Source of the DNA: the human T2T-CHM13v2.0 reference genome, Homo sapiens
NCBI RefSeq assembly: GCF_009914755.1
Contig: NC_060938.1
Strand: one strand, 5' to 3'
DNA: 64,000 bases
Below, one piece after another: positions 1 to 13,907 of this stretch. The translations under genes and the position numbers were made by a program. The notes under the pieces are model-generated. The model searched no databases. It had not been told where the DNA came from and worked only from the letters and a program-made list of their open reading frames with translations. Within the stretch, counting starts at the first letter, position 1, and each line of letters opens with the position of its first letter.

Positions 1-887
1 ACCAGAATGCAGCCAACTGAGGATTGTAGAAACTTCATTTTGGATGGGTAAAAAGGAGAGCCTCTGGATCTTTTGTAGAGGCCCATTGATTCAAAAAGAT
101 AACTTGGAATAACTCCTCAAATGACTGCCAACAGTTTAAAGGGTCAGACTGCTTAGACTCCTGCAGTGGAGATGGGACATGTACATGCAATTTGATAATT
201 GTATGTTGGCACTTCTTTTAAAAAAATTGTGGTAAAAACAGAAAAAGTTGACCATTTCAACCATTTTTAAGTATATAGTTCAGTAGTGTTAAGTATATTC
301 ACCTTGTCATGAAACAGATTTCCAGGACTTTTTCATCTTGCGAATCTGAAACTCTGTAAGCATTAAACATTGGCCCCCATTTCCACCTCCCACAGACTCT
401 GGCAACCATCATTCTTTCTGTTTCTATGAATCTGGCTACTTTAGGTAACCTCATATAAGTGGAATCATGTAGTATTTGTCTGTGTCTGAATTATTTGACT
501 TAGCATAAAATCCTCAAGGTTCATCAATGTTTGTAGCATGTGACAGGATTTCTATCTTTTTAAAGGTTTAATAGTATTCCGTCGTATGGGTATACCACAT
601 TTTGTTTATCCATTTATCTGTGGATAGATATTTGGCAGTTGTGATTGTTGCTATGAACGTGGGTGTGCAGATATCTCTTCAAGATCCTGCTTTTAATTAT
701 TTTGTGTATATACCCAGAAGCGGGATTGCTGGATCATATGATAGTTTTATTTTTAATTTTTTGAGGAACCTCCATACTGTTTTTCGTAGTTGTACCATTT
801 TACAATCTCATCAACAGTTCATAAGGGTTCTAACTTCTCCACATCCTTACCAATACTTATTTTCTGTTTTTTTTTTTTTCAAATTAA

Positions 888-1057
<170 letters not shown>

Positions 1058-1289
1058 AAAAAAACAATTTAAATAGGAACCATCTTAATGGATGCAAGGT
1101 AGTATCTCATTATGATTTTGATATATGTTTCTCTGATGATTGATGAAGTTGATTGTATTTTCATATTCTCGTTGGCCATTTGTATATTATCTCTGCATAT
1201 ATGTCTGTTCAAGCCTTCTGCCCATTTTTAAATTGGGTTATTTGATTTTTGTTGTTGAGTTGTAGGAGTTCTTTATATATTCTGGGTAT

Positions 1290-2253
1290 ATATTTTTTTC
1301 CTTCAGCATTGTGTTTTACTTTTTTGGGGAGAGGCTAGGAGGAGGAAGGGGTGAAAACAGGTTCTCATTGGAGTCTCCAAAGTGTATGCAACCTCTGGCA
1401 ATACAAGGATGGGATGAGATGGCCAGGCCAGTCAGATAGAAAATCCCCAAGATTCTTTTGGCGACTGATTTCTATAATTAAAATATGACAGGTGGAAAGG
1501 ACTAGTACATGGAATTCAATAAATGTCAGTTGTCTTTCCTAACTAGGTTCCTCATGGGCTAGGTTATGCCTAGATATCATCATCCTTCTCCAAATGAAGC
1601 TCGCCTAGAAAACTAGGGAACTAAAAGTGCAATACAGTTTGGGTAATGAAGTTGGTTAGCTGTCTCCCCATCCTCCCAACTCCACTATTCCAGGGAGGGG
1701 CTGAAAGTAGAAGTGGCTCCCCTGAAGTCTAGTTAGCATGTTGTGGGAGAGTCCACATGAAGGGCTGTGGGCTGTAACTCTCTAGTGCACAGTCCTCTCT
1801 TTTTGGCGATGAAAATTGTAGGGAAAGAAGCGGACATGCATGCTGATTTCACGAGCTGTCTTCAGGATCTCAGCAGCCTTGCTGTGCTCAATATCTTGGA
1901 AATCCACATCATTCACAGCTAGAACTTGGTCCCCTTCCTGAAGTCCTGCTCTATGTGCATCAGAGTCAGGAATCACCTTGGAGATGAAGATGCCTAGCTG
2001 GGAGGCCTTTCCTCCTCAGATGTTAAATCCCAACTGAGCTTCAGGAGGCTTCTTCAGTGTGATGGTTTGGGGCGGAAACTGGGTCAACTCATTGTTGTAG
2101 TCTGGGTGGGGTACCCTCTCATGAGGAGGAATCCATCCTGGAGGATTCTCATAGGCAGGCAGGAAAACCACCGGGTAGTCATCATAAGGAATCTGGCTGT
2201 CTATCTCGGGCAAGGCCCAGTGGGCTGTCCCTGACGACCTCAGGCTTCACTCC
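1290..2253 (-). pseudogene. PDZD11: Processed pseudogene of PDZ domain-containing protein 11; CDS equivalent 1782-2204
   Basis: ORFs 2016-2213 and 1782-1976 are in frame and together give the 140-codon PDZD11 sequence (DS-IPYDDYPVVFLPAYENPP...QLGFNI*GGKASQLGIFISKVIPDSDAHRAGLQEGDQ...RQKERTVH). No introns. Start codon reads ATA (2202-2204), premature TGA at 2016-2018. 3'UTR, AGTAAA (1315-1320), T-run at 1293-1299, degenerate TSD atattctgggtat 1277-1289 / atattctagatat 2254-2266. Confidence 0.95.
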
Positions 2254-5149
2254 ATATTCTAGATATTAACACCTTATGAGATAGATTATTTGCAAATATT
2301 TTTTCCACTCCAGGTTGCTTTTTTGCTCTGCTGATTGTATCCTTTGATGCACAAAAATTTTTTAGTTTGATGCAGTCCCACTTGGCTAATTTTGCTTTTG
2401 GCCGTATCTAAGAAGTAACTGCCAAGTCCAAAGTAATGAAGCTTTTTCTTTATATTTTCTTCTGGAAGTTTTATAATTTAGGTCTTACATTTAGGTCTTT
2501 AGTCCATTTTGGGTTCATTTTTATGTATAGTATAAGGGTCCAACTTTTATTCATTTGCATGTGGGTATCTTATTTTTTCCAACACCATTTGTTGAGAAGA
2601 CTGTCCTTTCCTTATTGAGTGGTCTTGGCACCCTTGCCAGAAATCATTTGACTATATATGTGGGTTTATTTCTGGGCTGTCTATTCTATTCTATTGGTCT
2701 CTTTGTCTGTTTTTATGCCATTATCACACTGTTTTGATTGGTAATATGTTCTGAAATCGGGAAGTATAAATGGCACTTTTAAGTTATGCTGTTCTAGATA
2801 TTGAATAATAAAGAAGTGACATTAAACAATTCAAAGAATTTTTCCTGTTTTTGAAGGATCGAGACACACTTAGAGAATGAGGTAAGATGATTTTAATGGC
2901 AGAACGTATGAGGCTACCAATTGGCAAGGAGCATAGTAAAAGCTGTGTGTCTAGCACTTCCGGTTTGCAAAGTACTTTCACACATACAGAGTCCAGTGGC
3001 TTGGGAAAGCTTCAAAAAGGCAATGAATCTTGAATTATCACAACAGTCAGATGTGTACCTTAGTGGGTATTCATACCCAACACTCTGTGTCAGTTGCATC
3101 ACAGTGATTTAGAGAAATTATTATAAGAACTGTCACTTGTGGTAATTTTTTCCTTGATGCTGTGTTGTCTTTCCTTTTCCAAGCCAGTAGTTTCAGATTT
3201 CCTGTATCTGCTTGTTGAATAGCAGTGGGCCCCATATGAAGGTAGAATACTTAACCACAGCACTGTTTTATATTTTGGATGTGTTAAAAAATGAAAACAA
3301 AAACAAAAACAAAAAAACAGAAAACTGATCTGGCTGGGTTGTACAGGATGAATTGAAGGCAAAAGATTGAAGCCAGAACAGCAAATTTAGTGGCTGCTAT
3401 AGGAACAAATTTCGGCTACTTAAGAAATATTTTCTCATCATCTTAATACAATGATGGGGATAATTTTGGTTGAGTATATTATTTGAAGGGACATTTGGTA
3501 GAATTTCCATGGAGGAATAATGTAGTATGCTTGTATGTAGTAGGCCTACCATAAAGATTTGTTTATTAGTGACCAAATGAATTTGTATCTGCAAGGTATT
3601 TGAATGGTGACCATATGAATTTTTGTTTGCATAGGTGGGTCTCTAAGGAGTAATTTATTCACTTTTCCTGTAAGTGTTTATTGAATCCCATTATATGCCA
3701 GGGACTGGTGGCTGCTGCTGGTAAACAGGATACATGGTTCCTGTCCTTGTATAGCTGATACTCTTCTAGTGACTTATGTGGCCCTTGTCAATGTTCTGTT
3801 CCTCTCCTCTAGTTGGATTTTTCTTTTAGTCAAAGGCCACCTGTTTTGGTGCAAAAACAATTGCAGTTGTTTATGGTCCTATATTAAATATTATTTATAT
3901 ATATAGAGAGAAATAAACAGTCAACTGCATTTTGGTTTCCAAGGAGATATATCTTGGCAAAATTTATTTTATCAAGTGCTTTTCTAAGAAAGAGTACCAA
4001 AGGAAACTGGCTGTAATGCCTTTTGGTTAAGATTTTCCTGAGGACCCAGATAGGGTTTTTAAATCTTGGTTTCTTCTACTCCCACACCCACCCCAAAAGA
4101 ATCTGGAAAGCTAGTTATGACTAGTCCTGGGTTTGATATTGATTGCTGGAGCTTTGAAGAGTCATATAACCCTTCTGCATCTTCATTCATTCATTCATTT
4201 CTTCATTCACTTAATAAGTCTTCATTGTTTACCTGTTATGTATCAAATAATCCTTGTAAAAGGGAGAAAATTGAGGGTTGAATTCAGTTTTCTTTAAGAC
4301 CTACTGTAAAAATTCTATAAATTTATTACTATGATTTAGTAAGATTTAGGCCTTTTTATAGATAGTAGAAATATTTTTGAAAGAACTGAAGAAAGAAATT
4401 TAGAGTATTTGTTTTTAACTCTAAAATATTTTAGTGAGAAAATTCTATAATGGTGGATAATTTTAGTGTTAGTTCATTCTGAGCTGAAACCAATCAACAT
4501 TTAAACTCAGCTCAGAGTTTTTCTTTTTAATTTTGGTAGTAGACAGTTCTGAATCTAACCTTTCTGTTGTTACAGGTAGCACCCTGGAAACTTAATGCCT
4601 GTTTCAGATGATTGGTATAATGTGTGTGTAGGAGATTTGGAAATGCTTGTTACCTCTTCTAGGTGCTTGGTTCTGAATCTTTTAGACTATGGTCATCTTT
4701 TATGTGTAGTCGTCTTGGGATAATGGTAACATCATGTCACTGAATGCAGAACAGTCACACTGAAGATCTGAGTGCCATTACTGTGATAATTAAGCAGGTA
4801 TTTGCTCATGCTGCCAAAAAAGTAATATTCAGAGTTCCTAGTGTGAGATTTCATGGCTTTATAAAGTGATATTTTCATTTTAACTTGTTGGAAATTCAAC
4901 ATAGTATTGACTATACATGAAAAGATTCAGTTATGCAAAGTAAAATGTAAGAATTTCCTCCCATGTCGATTGTTGCTTTTCGTAAATCTGGTTTCAGTGT
5001 TACCAAAGAACAGTGGAAGATTTGTTCTAGTCCTGGCTTTACTACATACTAGTTGTGTGACTTTGGCTGTCTTTCATTTACTAATCAGCAGTATCATTAT
5101 GCATTTTGTAGGTGGCAGATACGTTCTCATCCTAGGGATACATCAATAA

Positions 5150-5720
5150 ACAACTCTGAGTGAGATGGGAAGCCACTGGAGGGTTTTGTACAAAGGGTTT
5201 TGGTCTGACATCTTTAAAGAGTGACACTCTGTTGTGTAGGGGAATAGAATGGGGAGGAGTGCAAAGGTGGAAATAGGGGGATGTTAGAGGTTTCTAGCAA
5301 TGCTCTATAGGTGAGATATGATAGCAGCTGTGGAGGTGATGAGAAGTGAGTGGTTTCTGGATATATCTCAAATGGGGCTAAAATGATTCACTGGTGGGTG
5401 AGATGATGTGGAGTGTGACAAAGAGTATACTCAAGGATGACACCGAGGTGTTTAGCCTGAGCAGCTGGAATAATGGGGATGCCATTTATTGAAATGGAGA
5501 TGCCTAGAGGAGCAAGTTTGGGTGTGGTATTAAGAGTTGATCTGTGCATGTTGGGTATGAGATGCAAGTTGACTTGCCAAGTGGAGCAGTCAGGTAGGCA
5601 GCTGGGCAGGTCTGTCAGTCTTCATGAGCTTTAGTTTTCTCATCTGTGAAATGGGGAGAGTGTCTGCCCTTCTCAGAATTCTTGAGATCAAATGAGAAAA
5701 AAAAAGTTAAAACTTGTAAA
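5150..5720. mobile_element. L2 fragment followed by MIR fragment
   Basis: gagatgggaagccactggagggtttt...ggagcagtcaggtaggcagctgg (L2-like); ttttctcatctgtgaaatggg (MIR core). Confidence 0.6.
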
Positions 5721-6463
5721 GCTGTGTCTTACATTATTTCTGGAAAGTAGACTGGCTACCATCTTGTGTCCTTTGTGGTCTCCTTTGCACTATTTAACTC
5801 ATAGGCCACATTGTATTGTGGAAAGTTAGCATATGCCCTCCAAAGCCTGGTTTCTTTCCCAGTAGATGTGAAAGCTTTCTCTTTGATCCCTCCTGCAATT
5901 CCTGGGCAGCTTCTGGGAGAACTTGGTATGTATGTATTTCAGTTATCTCCAGGGTGTCAGAGGGCTTCATTTTGTGTAGAACCATACTTGAGAGTGTGGT
6001 ACCAGACTTGCCTCTTAATAAACATAGCTTTGGGCCAAAGTAATTTATTTAGGTGGGAGGGTATTGTAGTAGAAAAATGGCTCTTATCTTTCTCAAATTC
6101 TTTATTTTAGGCTTTTTCCATAACTTGAATCCATTAACAGATAGGGTCTAATAGGTCAGATGATTTTGGGAGACCGCTCTTCATGTTTCTTGATTCAGAA
6201 AACTTATATATTCTAGTTTTTTTGACTGCTTTACTTTTTTTCAGGCAGGTGAAATACATTAAGTATGTATTTGAATCTATTGAATTAAAATTTGCTTAGG
6301 ATCCACCATGTTGAAAGCATCAGTCTTGTATTTTTATCAGTGTCATTTTGAATTTATTAAATGTCTGTCATTAGAGGTAGTAGTAAATAGTTATATATTT
6401 GAAATGTAGTACTTTTATAATCTATACTTTCCTACCAGTTGATTGTTCCTTTAAGAATGTCTT

Positions 6464-6761
6464 GGCTGGGCGTGGTGGCTCACGCCTGTAATCCCAAGCG
6501 CTTTGGGAGGCTGAGGCGGGCGGATCACGAGCTCAGGAGATCAAGACCATCCTGGCTAGCACGGAGAAACCCCGTCTCTACCAAAAATACAAAAAATTAG
6601 CCGGGCGTGGTAGTGGGCGCCTGTAGTTCCAGCTACTTGGCAGGCTGAGGTAGGAGAATGGAGTGTGAACCCAGGAGGCGGAGCTTGCAGTGAGCCAAGA
6701 TCGTGCCACTGCACTCTACCCTGGGCGACAGAGTGAGACTGTGTCTCAAAAGAAAAAAAAA
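6464..6761 (+). mobile_element. AluY
   Basis: Full dimer with gagatcaagaccatcctggcta and ggcggagcttgcagtgagc; TSD aatgtctt on both sides. Confidence 0.9.
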
Positions 6762-7631
6762 TGTCTTTAGCCAACAGATGTGGTGGTTTTGGGTTCTTCT
6801 AATCCACAAGCAGTTTTGAACAGAAACACTATCACTCTTCACTGCTGTCCTCGTTTGATTATCAGTCAGCAAGGTTCCACTGGGCATCAGCAGTGTGCGC
6901 CCATTGCAGGTCCTCTGATTTAGAAAGGTCCTGACACATGCAGTGAATATAACTTGATGACTGCCATCTAAGTAAGTATGGTAACCGTTGGAATACCATC
7001 TAAGTAAGCATTCTAAGTGTTCAGTGGAAAGAGAATGGTAATCGCTTTAATAATGAAGGCCTCAGGGAGGTAGGAACCATGTTTTTCAGGAGATATCATG
7101 GGGGCAGAAGTTATTTTGGATAGTTTTCTTATATGTTTTGAGCAAAAGGACCTCTCTCTACATGAGGGTTTTTGTTAGGTCTTCAGATTTATAAAATAGG
7201 TTTACCCATCCGCTTAATAATTGTTAAGTTACATAGTCTTTTGCTTTTCATTGAATTGGCTTACTGTACATTATTTTGTTTCAGCCTCTAAGAAACTGAA
7301 CCATAGGTACCCAGTATATTACTTGACATAATTGTTCATAATTGTTGAAGAGAAACCTCAAACCTTGTCTTTCCTTTTTAAGTACATATTAGAAAATTTT
7401 GGTCAATTGTAACAACTAATTTAAAGGGGATCTATATGTTTAAATCTGTATCTTTTTCATGCTTAATTTTTCCCCCTAGAAGGAACATGACTGTCTTAGT
7501 CTTCCTAAAGTATCTTTTAGGCTTTCCAAATTGTCTGATGGCTATTTATTTGAACTTAAGTGCAATAGTTGCTTTTATTGGAGAGATGCTGAGCGTCTGA
7601 GGTTGCAGTAATTATTTATGTACTCCTAAAG

Positions 7632-7950
7632 TTTTTTTAAATAACAACTTTATTGAGTTATAATTCTCTATTTAAATTAAAAAGTCAGTAGTTCTTAGTA
7701 TATTCATACAGTTCTGCAGCTATCTCTATAAACAATTTTAGAACATTTTCATTACCCCGCAAAGAAACTCCAAGCCCATTTGCAGTCACCCCCCATTTCT
7801 TTCCAGCCGCACCCCTCCTCTCCGACCCTAGCCCTAGGCTACCACTAACCTACTTTCTGTCTTTATAGATTTGCCTCTTCTATGTGTTTCATATAAATGG
7901 GATCATACAATATTTTGTGTTTTGTGACTGGCTTCTTTCACCTAGCTCTG
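7632..7950 (-). mobile_element. L1MB-like 3' end fragment
   Basis: ctttattgagttataattc...accactaacctactttctgtctttatagatttgcct...gactggcttctttcac. Confidence 0.7.
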
Positions 7951-8748
7951 TCAAAGCACATTTTTTGCAAGCGCTTTAACTTTGGTGGTAATGTTACAGA
8001 TTTAAGGATTCAAAACCAAATATTCCCTGTCTGCTGACACAGAAACTACAACCTGTGCTGGGACCAGAGAAAATAGCAAAACGACCAGTTACTAAGTGTG
8101 TTTGTAGAACAGGGAGTGAACTTTGAAGCTTTCATAAAATAAAACCACCCTAGTACTAATCCACCAGTGCATTCAGTACATGTGATTGCGTAATTGTTTT
8201 ACCGCACCTTTCCAGAGTATTATCCTGTTTTTCCCTCGAATTTCTTGCAGCTCTTAGAAGTCGTTTCTGATTCTTCCCTTTCTTTTACTTTTGCTCTGAT
8301 CTGTGACCAAGCTTTATCATTTTTTTCCCTTTGAATTGATTTTTTTAGCTTTTGCTCTTAGTTTTATTGTCACTGTCTTAGAGTGGACCTTGACCCCTGT
8401 ATCTAAGCGGCTGTATCTAGGCTTAGGCCTCCTTTCTGACCCGTTTGACTCCCGCTGTCCCATTCTCCAGGCCATCTTGTCTGATCATTCTTTCTAAGGG
8501 ACCACTTAGTTACATGTGCCACCCTGGAGGAACTCAAGTGGCTCTAATACTTTGCTACATCAAAGTCATACTTTCCTGCTTGCTTTTACGACATTCCTAT
8601 TTGGTCTCTCCATTTTTGGCCTCTACCAGACTATGTCTCTGCCTTCCTATGCTAGGACTTTGCTCTGTCCTCTTCCGTCCTATTCTGATTTTCGAAAAAT
8701 CTTCAGTTCGTTTTCAGTTTTAGTTATATTTAATTCAAAAAGTATGGA

Positions 8749-9404
8749 GGCCAGGTGCGGTGGTTCACACTTGTAATCTCAGCACTTTGGGAGGCTGTAT
8801 CAGTCTCTTCTCACACTGCTAATAAAGACATACTTGAGACTGGGTAATTTATAAAGGAAAGAGGCTTAATGGACTCACAGTTCCACATGGCTGGGGAAGC
8901 CTCACAATCATGGCAGAAGGCAGATGAGTAGCAAAGTTACGTCTTACATGGCAGCAGGCAAGAGAGCATGTCCTGGAGAACTCCTCTTTATAAAACCATC
9001 AGATCTCATGAGACTTATTCACTATCACAAGAACAGCATGGAAAAGACCAGCATCCATGATTCAATTATCTCCCACCGGCTCCCTCCCATGACACGTGGG
9101 AATTATGGGAGCTACAATTCAAGATGAGATTTGGGTGGGGACACAGCCAAACCGTATCAGAGGCTGAGATGGATGGTTCACTTGAGCCTAGGAGTTGGAG
9201 ACCAGCCTGGGCAACATGGTGAAATCCTGTCTCTACAAAAAATAAGCTAGGCATGGTGATGCATGCCTGTAGTCCCAGCTGTTCAGGAGGCTGAGATGGG
9301 AGGATCGCATGAGGCCAGGAGGTCGAGGCTGCAGTGAGCAGAGATAGTGCCACTGCACTCCAGCCTGGGCAGCAGAGTGAGACCATGTCTTAAAAAAAGA
9401 AAAA
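8749..9404 (+). mobile_element. AluJ split by a THE1 LTR (Alu parts 8749-8795 and 9160-9404)
   Basis: Alu 5' end stops at ttgggaggc and resumes at gaggctgagatggatgg; J-type ggaggatcgc...gaggtcgaggctgcagtgagc. Confidence 0.9.
8796..9159 (-). mobile_element. THE1 (ERVL-MaLR) solo LTR
   Basis: tgtatcagtc...gagactgggtaatttataaagg...gggacacagccaaaccgtatca; perfect 5-bp TSD gaggc (8791-8795, 9160-9164). Confidence 0.93.
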
Positions 9405-10162
9405 TGTATGTGAAATCTACTAATTTCCTCATTTGTTGCTTTATCACTCTTATACCCTTCCCTGCATATGGTACTCCTTATCAGTATCTTGTCTCCCTTT
9501 TCCCTCTGGGCACCAGCCCCTGAACACTAGTTTTATCCCTGTCTTTCTCATCCTTCAAGACCCACCTTCTTCATTGATGTCTTGCTGGTTACCATAACAC
9601 ACCCTGATTTCTCCCTTCTCTGACATGTTGTTGTATTGTGTTGCGCACTTAAAGAGCCTAGCACTTAATGATTAATGCATAGTTCATCAAGGGTGTTTAG
9701 CCTGGAGAAAACTCAGAGGGGCATCATCCTTTGTCGCAGGAGTCAAAAGTCCATCAAGTGGAAGGAGGAGAGGTTACCTTTTGTCTTCTCAGGCCTCACA
9801 GGACAGAACCAATGAGTAGAGTAAATACAGATATTTGAGTAAACATTAGAAAGGACTTTGCTGGTCCAGGTGCTTGCAGTTGTGATAGGCTGTGTCCCAT
9901 CGTTGGAGGCCCTAATGCATAAGGCTGGATCATTTCTGGACAGGGTCATTGTAAAGGGCGTTCACATGATTCACATGGGCTCAGTTACACTAGTGATTAT
10001 CTGTCTCGAGTGTCACAGTCATCCGGGGGCATTTAAATACACAGATTCTCAGCCTCCACCTTGAGAGTTTAGGTTGAGCAGTCTGTGAAGCCAGGCTTGG
10101 AAAGTTTTGAATTAGGTGGCTCTTTTAGTCCTGAGATCCTATGAGGCTCATTTGGTTACTAG

Positions 10163-10528
<366 letters not shown>

Positions 10529-10794
10529 TAAAGTTTTTGGTTTTTGCCTTCATGGAGCATAGAGTCAAGGGAGTAATGCAGACAGAGAGCTGAAACCATG
10601 TGATTTCTCCTCAGGTAGGTATAGATTCTCTGAGGATAGAGACCATTTCTCTTTTTTTCATGGTTCTTTATTTGCCCCAGAGGAATGGGCACTTTGGGAT
10701 TCCTTCTTGACTGGCAAGATGATTAACCCGATGTTTACTGACAAGCCCTCCTTGTGGTAGGGCTTAGTACTATGTTCTTTATCTAAGTGTTTTC

Positions 10795-11109
<315 letters not shown>

Positions 11110-11980
11110 TATCCAAGTGTTTTCATACAACTTAATGTCTTGGTTGAGAAGGAGCCACTCTATCTTCATTTGTTTCATGGCAGGTTCTGGCTTTAGATTT
11201 TGTTGCTTCCTGGTAATTAATGTCAGCTATCATTTATTGAGTAACCACTGTGTCAGGCACTTTGTGTCACATTATTGCTAATCTTTATAAACAAGCCTGT
11301 GAGATAGACATTAGGACTCTGTGGGAGCCAGGATATTGAGTTCCTGTTACAGAATTTCTGCTTCTCTTAACATAGATTGTAGCAGCTACTGAGTTGAGGC
11401 GTTATCTAATGCAGTCATCTGTTGGGACCAGAGTAATTGCAGTCATATTTTGGCTGTGTGCATAAAGCATATTTTGTTGGGAATGCCAGAAAGCCTGTCT
11501 GCTTATAATAGGTAGCTATGACCACCACCCTGTTAAACTTATAATTCGTTTTAAACACTATGCTGTACTGATAATAAAAGATTTTCATCTGTTTCTCCAA
11601 TGAAAGGCTGATCTTGCTACTATAGTTTTAAGCATGGTATATGGTTTATTATTCATTCATGTTGTGCCCAAATGGAAAGTCAGGGACTGTTTTTTTTTTC
11701 GTATCTTTAACAATGATCTGGATTTCACAGAGTTGGTGTGTGACCCATTTGGTGGTTTCTTTTTCTTATCTGTTGTAGGACTTTGGCCTGTCACGGTGTC
11801 GGCCCTAGTGCCCAGTTAGTAATGACCATAAATATCTTTTGCTGAACAACACCAGTGAATTCATTCTGTGTTAGGTTCTTTACTTATTCCATCTCATTTT
11901 ATCCTCATGAAATTCCTGAAAAATAGGTATTATCAACATTTAACAGATGTAAGGAAACTGAGAAAGGCTAAATAACTTGT

Positions 11981-12056
11981 CTAGCTTTCAGTTGCTTCCC
12001 TAGCTTTCCGATGCTCCCCTAGTTTTCCGATGCTCCCCTAACTTTCTGATGCTCTC
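11981..12056. repeat. 19-bp minisatellite, 4 copies (consensus ctagctttccgatgctccc)
   Basis: Units start at 11981, 12000, 12019 and 12038. Confidence 0.85.
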
Positions 12057-12165
12057 CTGTTTACCTGAGGAGACTCAGGCGTGGTTTGCATAAGAGTTAA
12101 TACCATTTCTTTTTCTTTCCCTCATTTCTTCCTATTGTAGGCTTTACTGAGAAAAATTTGATGTT

Positions 12166-12609
<444 letters not shown>

Positions 12610-12945
12610 TTAATATGAATAGCTAGGTGAAATGTGAATATATATAGTTAGGTGAAATAAATGTAAATCTTCACTAAGTTTGTAATAACCACAGAGTTTT
12701 TTCTAGTAAGAACATCTTCACGTTACTTCCCAACTTGAGCAAGACAGGAAGCTTGAGACATTTATTTTTTGGGGTGAAATGCTTTCTTTTTCATCTTGCA
12801 GCATGGATTGTGCAATTGTCATCTTGTCCTTGACTTCTGCCTATTGCCCTAAAATTATCGGGCTGTCATCAAGTCAGCATCTGCTTTGTTTTGAAATACA
12901 TGTCTTTTAAGAGGCTGGAGGCATATTAGAAATATACAGATTTTT

Positions 12946-13907
12946 TTCTCCCCAACTTTTGTTTTAGATTCAGTGGTACAGGTGCAGGTTTGTTACGTGG
13001 GTATGTTGTGTGATGCTGAGGTTTGGGCTTCTAATAATCTCGTTATGCAGGTACTGAGCATCGTACCCAACAGTTAGTTTTTCAACTCATCCCTCCCTCT
13101 CTCTCTCCCCTCTCTAGTAGTTCCAGTGTCTATTATTGCCATTCTTATGTCCGTGAGTACCCAGCGTTTAGCTCCCAATTATAAGTGAGAACATGTGGTA
13201 TTTGCTTTTTCTTTTCCTGCTTTAATTTGCTTAGAATAACGGCCTCCAGCTGTATCCATGTTGATGCACAGGACATGATTTTACTCTTTTTTTGTGGCTG
13301 CATAGTGTTCTGTGGTGTATATGTACCATATTTTCTTTATCCAACCCACTGTTGATGAACACCTCCTTTGATTCCATGTCTTTGCTGTTGTGAATAGTGT
13401 TGTGAGGAACGTGTGAGTGTATGTGTCTTTTCAGTAGAATGACTTGCTCTTCTCTTCTTTTTTTTTGGAGACAGGGTCTCACTTTGTTGCCCAGGCTGGA
13501 GTGCAGTGGTATCATCTCTGCTTACTGCAACCTCTGCCTCCTGGGTTAAAGTGATTCTCCCATTTCAGCCTCCCGAGTAGCTAGAACTGTTGTTGTGCCC
13601 CACCATACCTGGCTAATTTTTATATTTTTTGTAGAGATGGGGTTTTGCCTTGTTGCCCAGGCTGGTCTCAAATTCCTGGATTCAAATGATCCACCTGCAT
13701 TTTTGGGGGCCATTTTTTGTCCCCCAAAGTGCTGGGATTAGAGATGTGAGCCACCGTACCTGGCCTGTTTTCCTTTGGGTATATACCTAGTAGTGGGATT
13801 GCTGGGTTGAATGTAGCTCTGTTTTAAGCTCTTTGAGAAATCTCCAAACTGCTTTCCACAGTGGCTGAACTAATATACATTCCCACCAACAGTGTATAAG
13901 AGTCCCC
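12946..13907 (-). mobile_element. 5'-truncated older L1PA/L1PB 3' end containing an AluJ at about 13455-13765
   Basis: gtgcaggtttgttacgtgggtatgttgtgtgatgctgagg...tcccaccaacagtgtataag; perfect 19-bp TSD tagaaatatacagattttt 12927-12945 / 13908-13926. Confidence 0.9.

Noticed and set aside
2815-2890. Possible micro-exon ttttgaag|gatcgag...gaatgag|gtaaga
   Set aside because: Good donor but weak acceptor and no supporting frame or homology; cannot be distinguished from background.
6964-7008. Direct repeat ccatctaagtaag (two copies)
   Set aside because: Small local duplication with no further structure.
11981-12056. CRISPR-like appearance of short repeats
   Set aside because: Units are adjacent with no spacers, there are no cas genes, and the DNA is primate.
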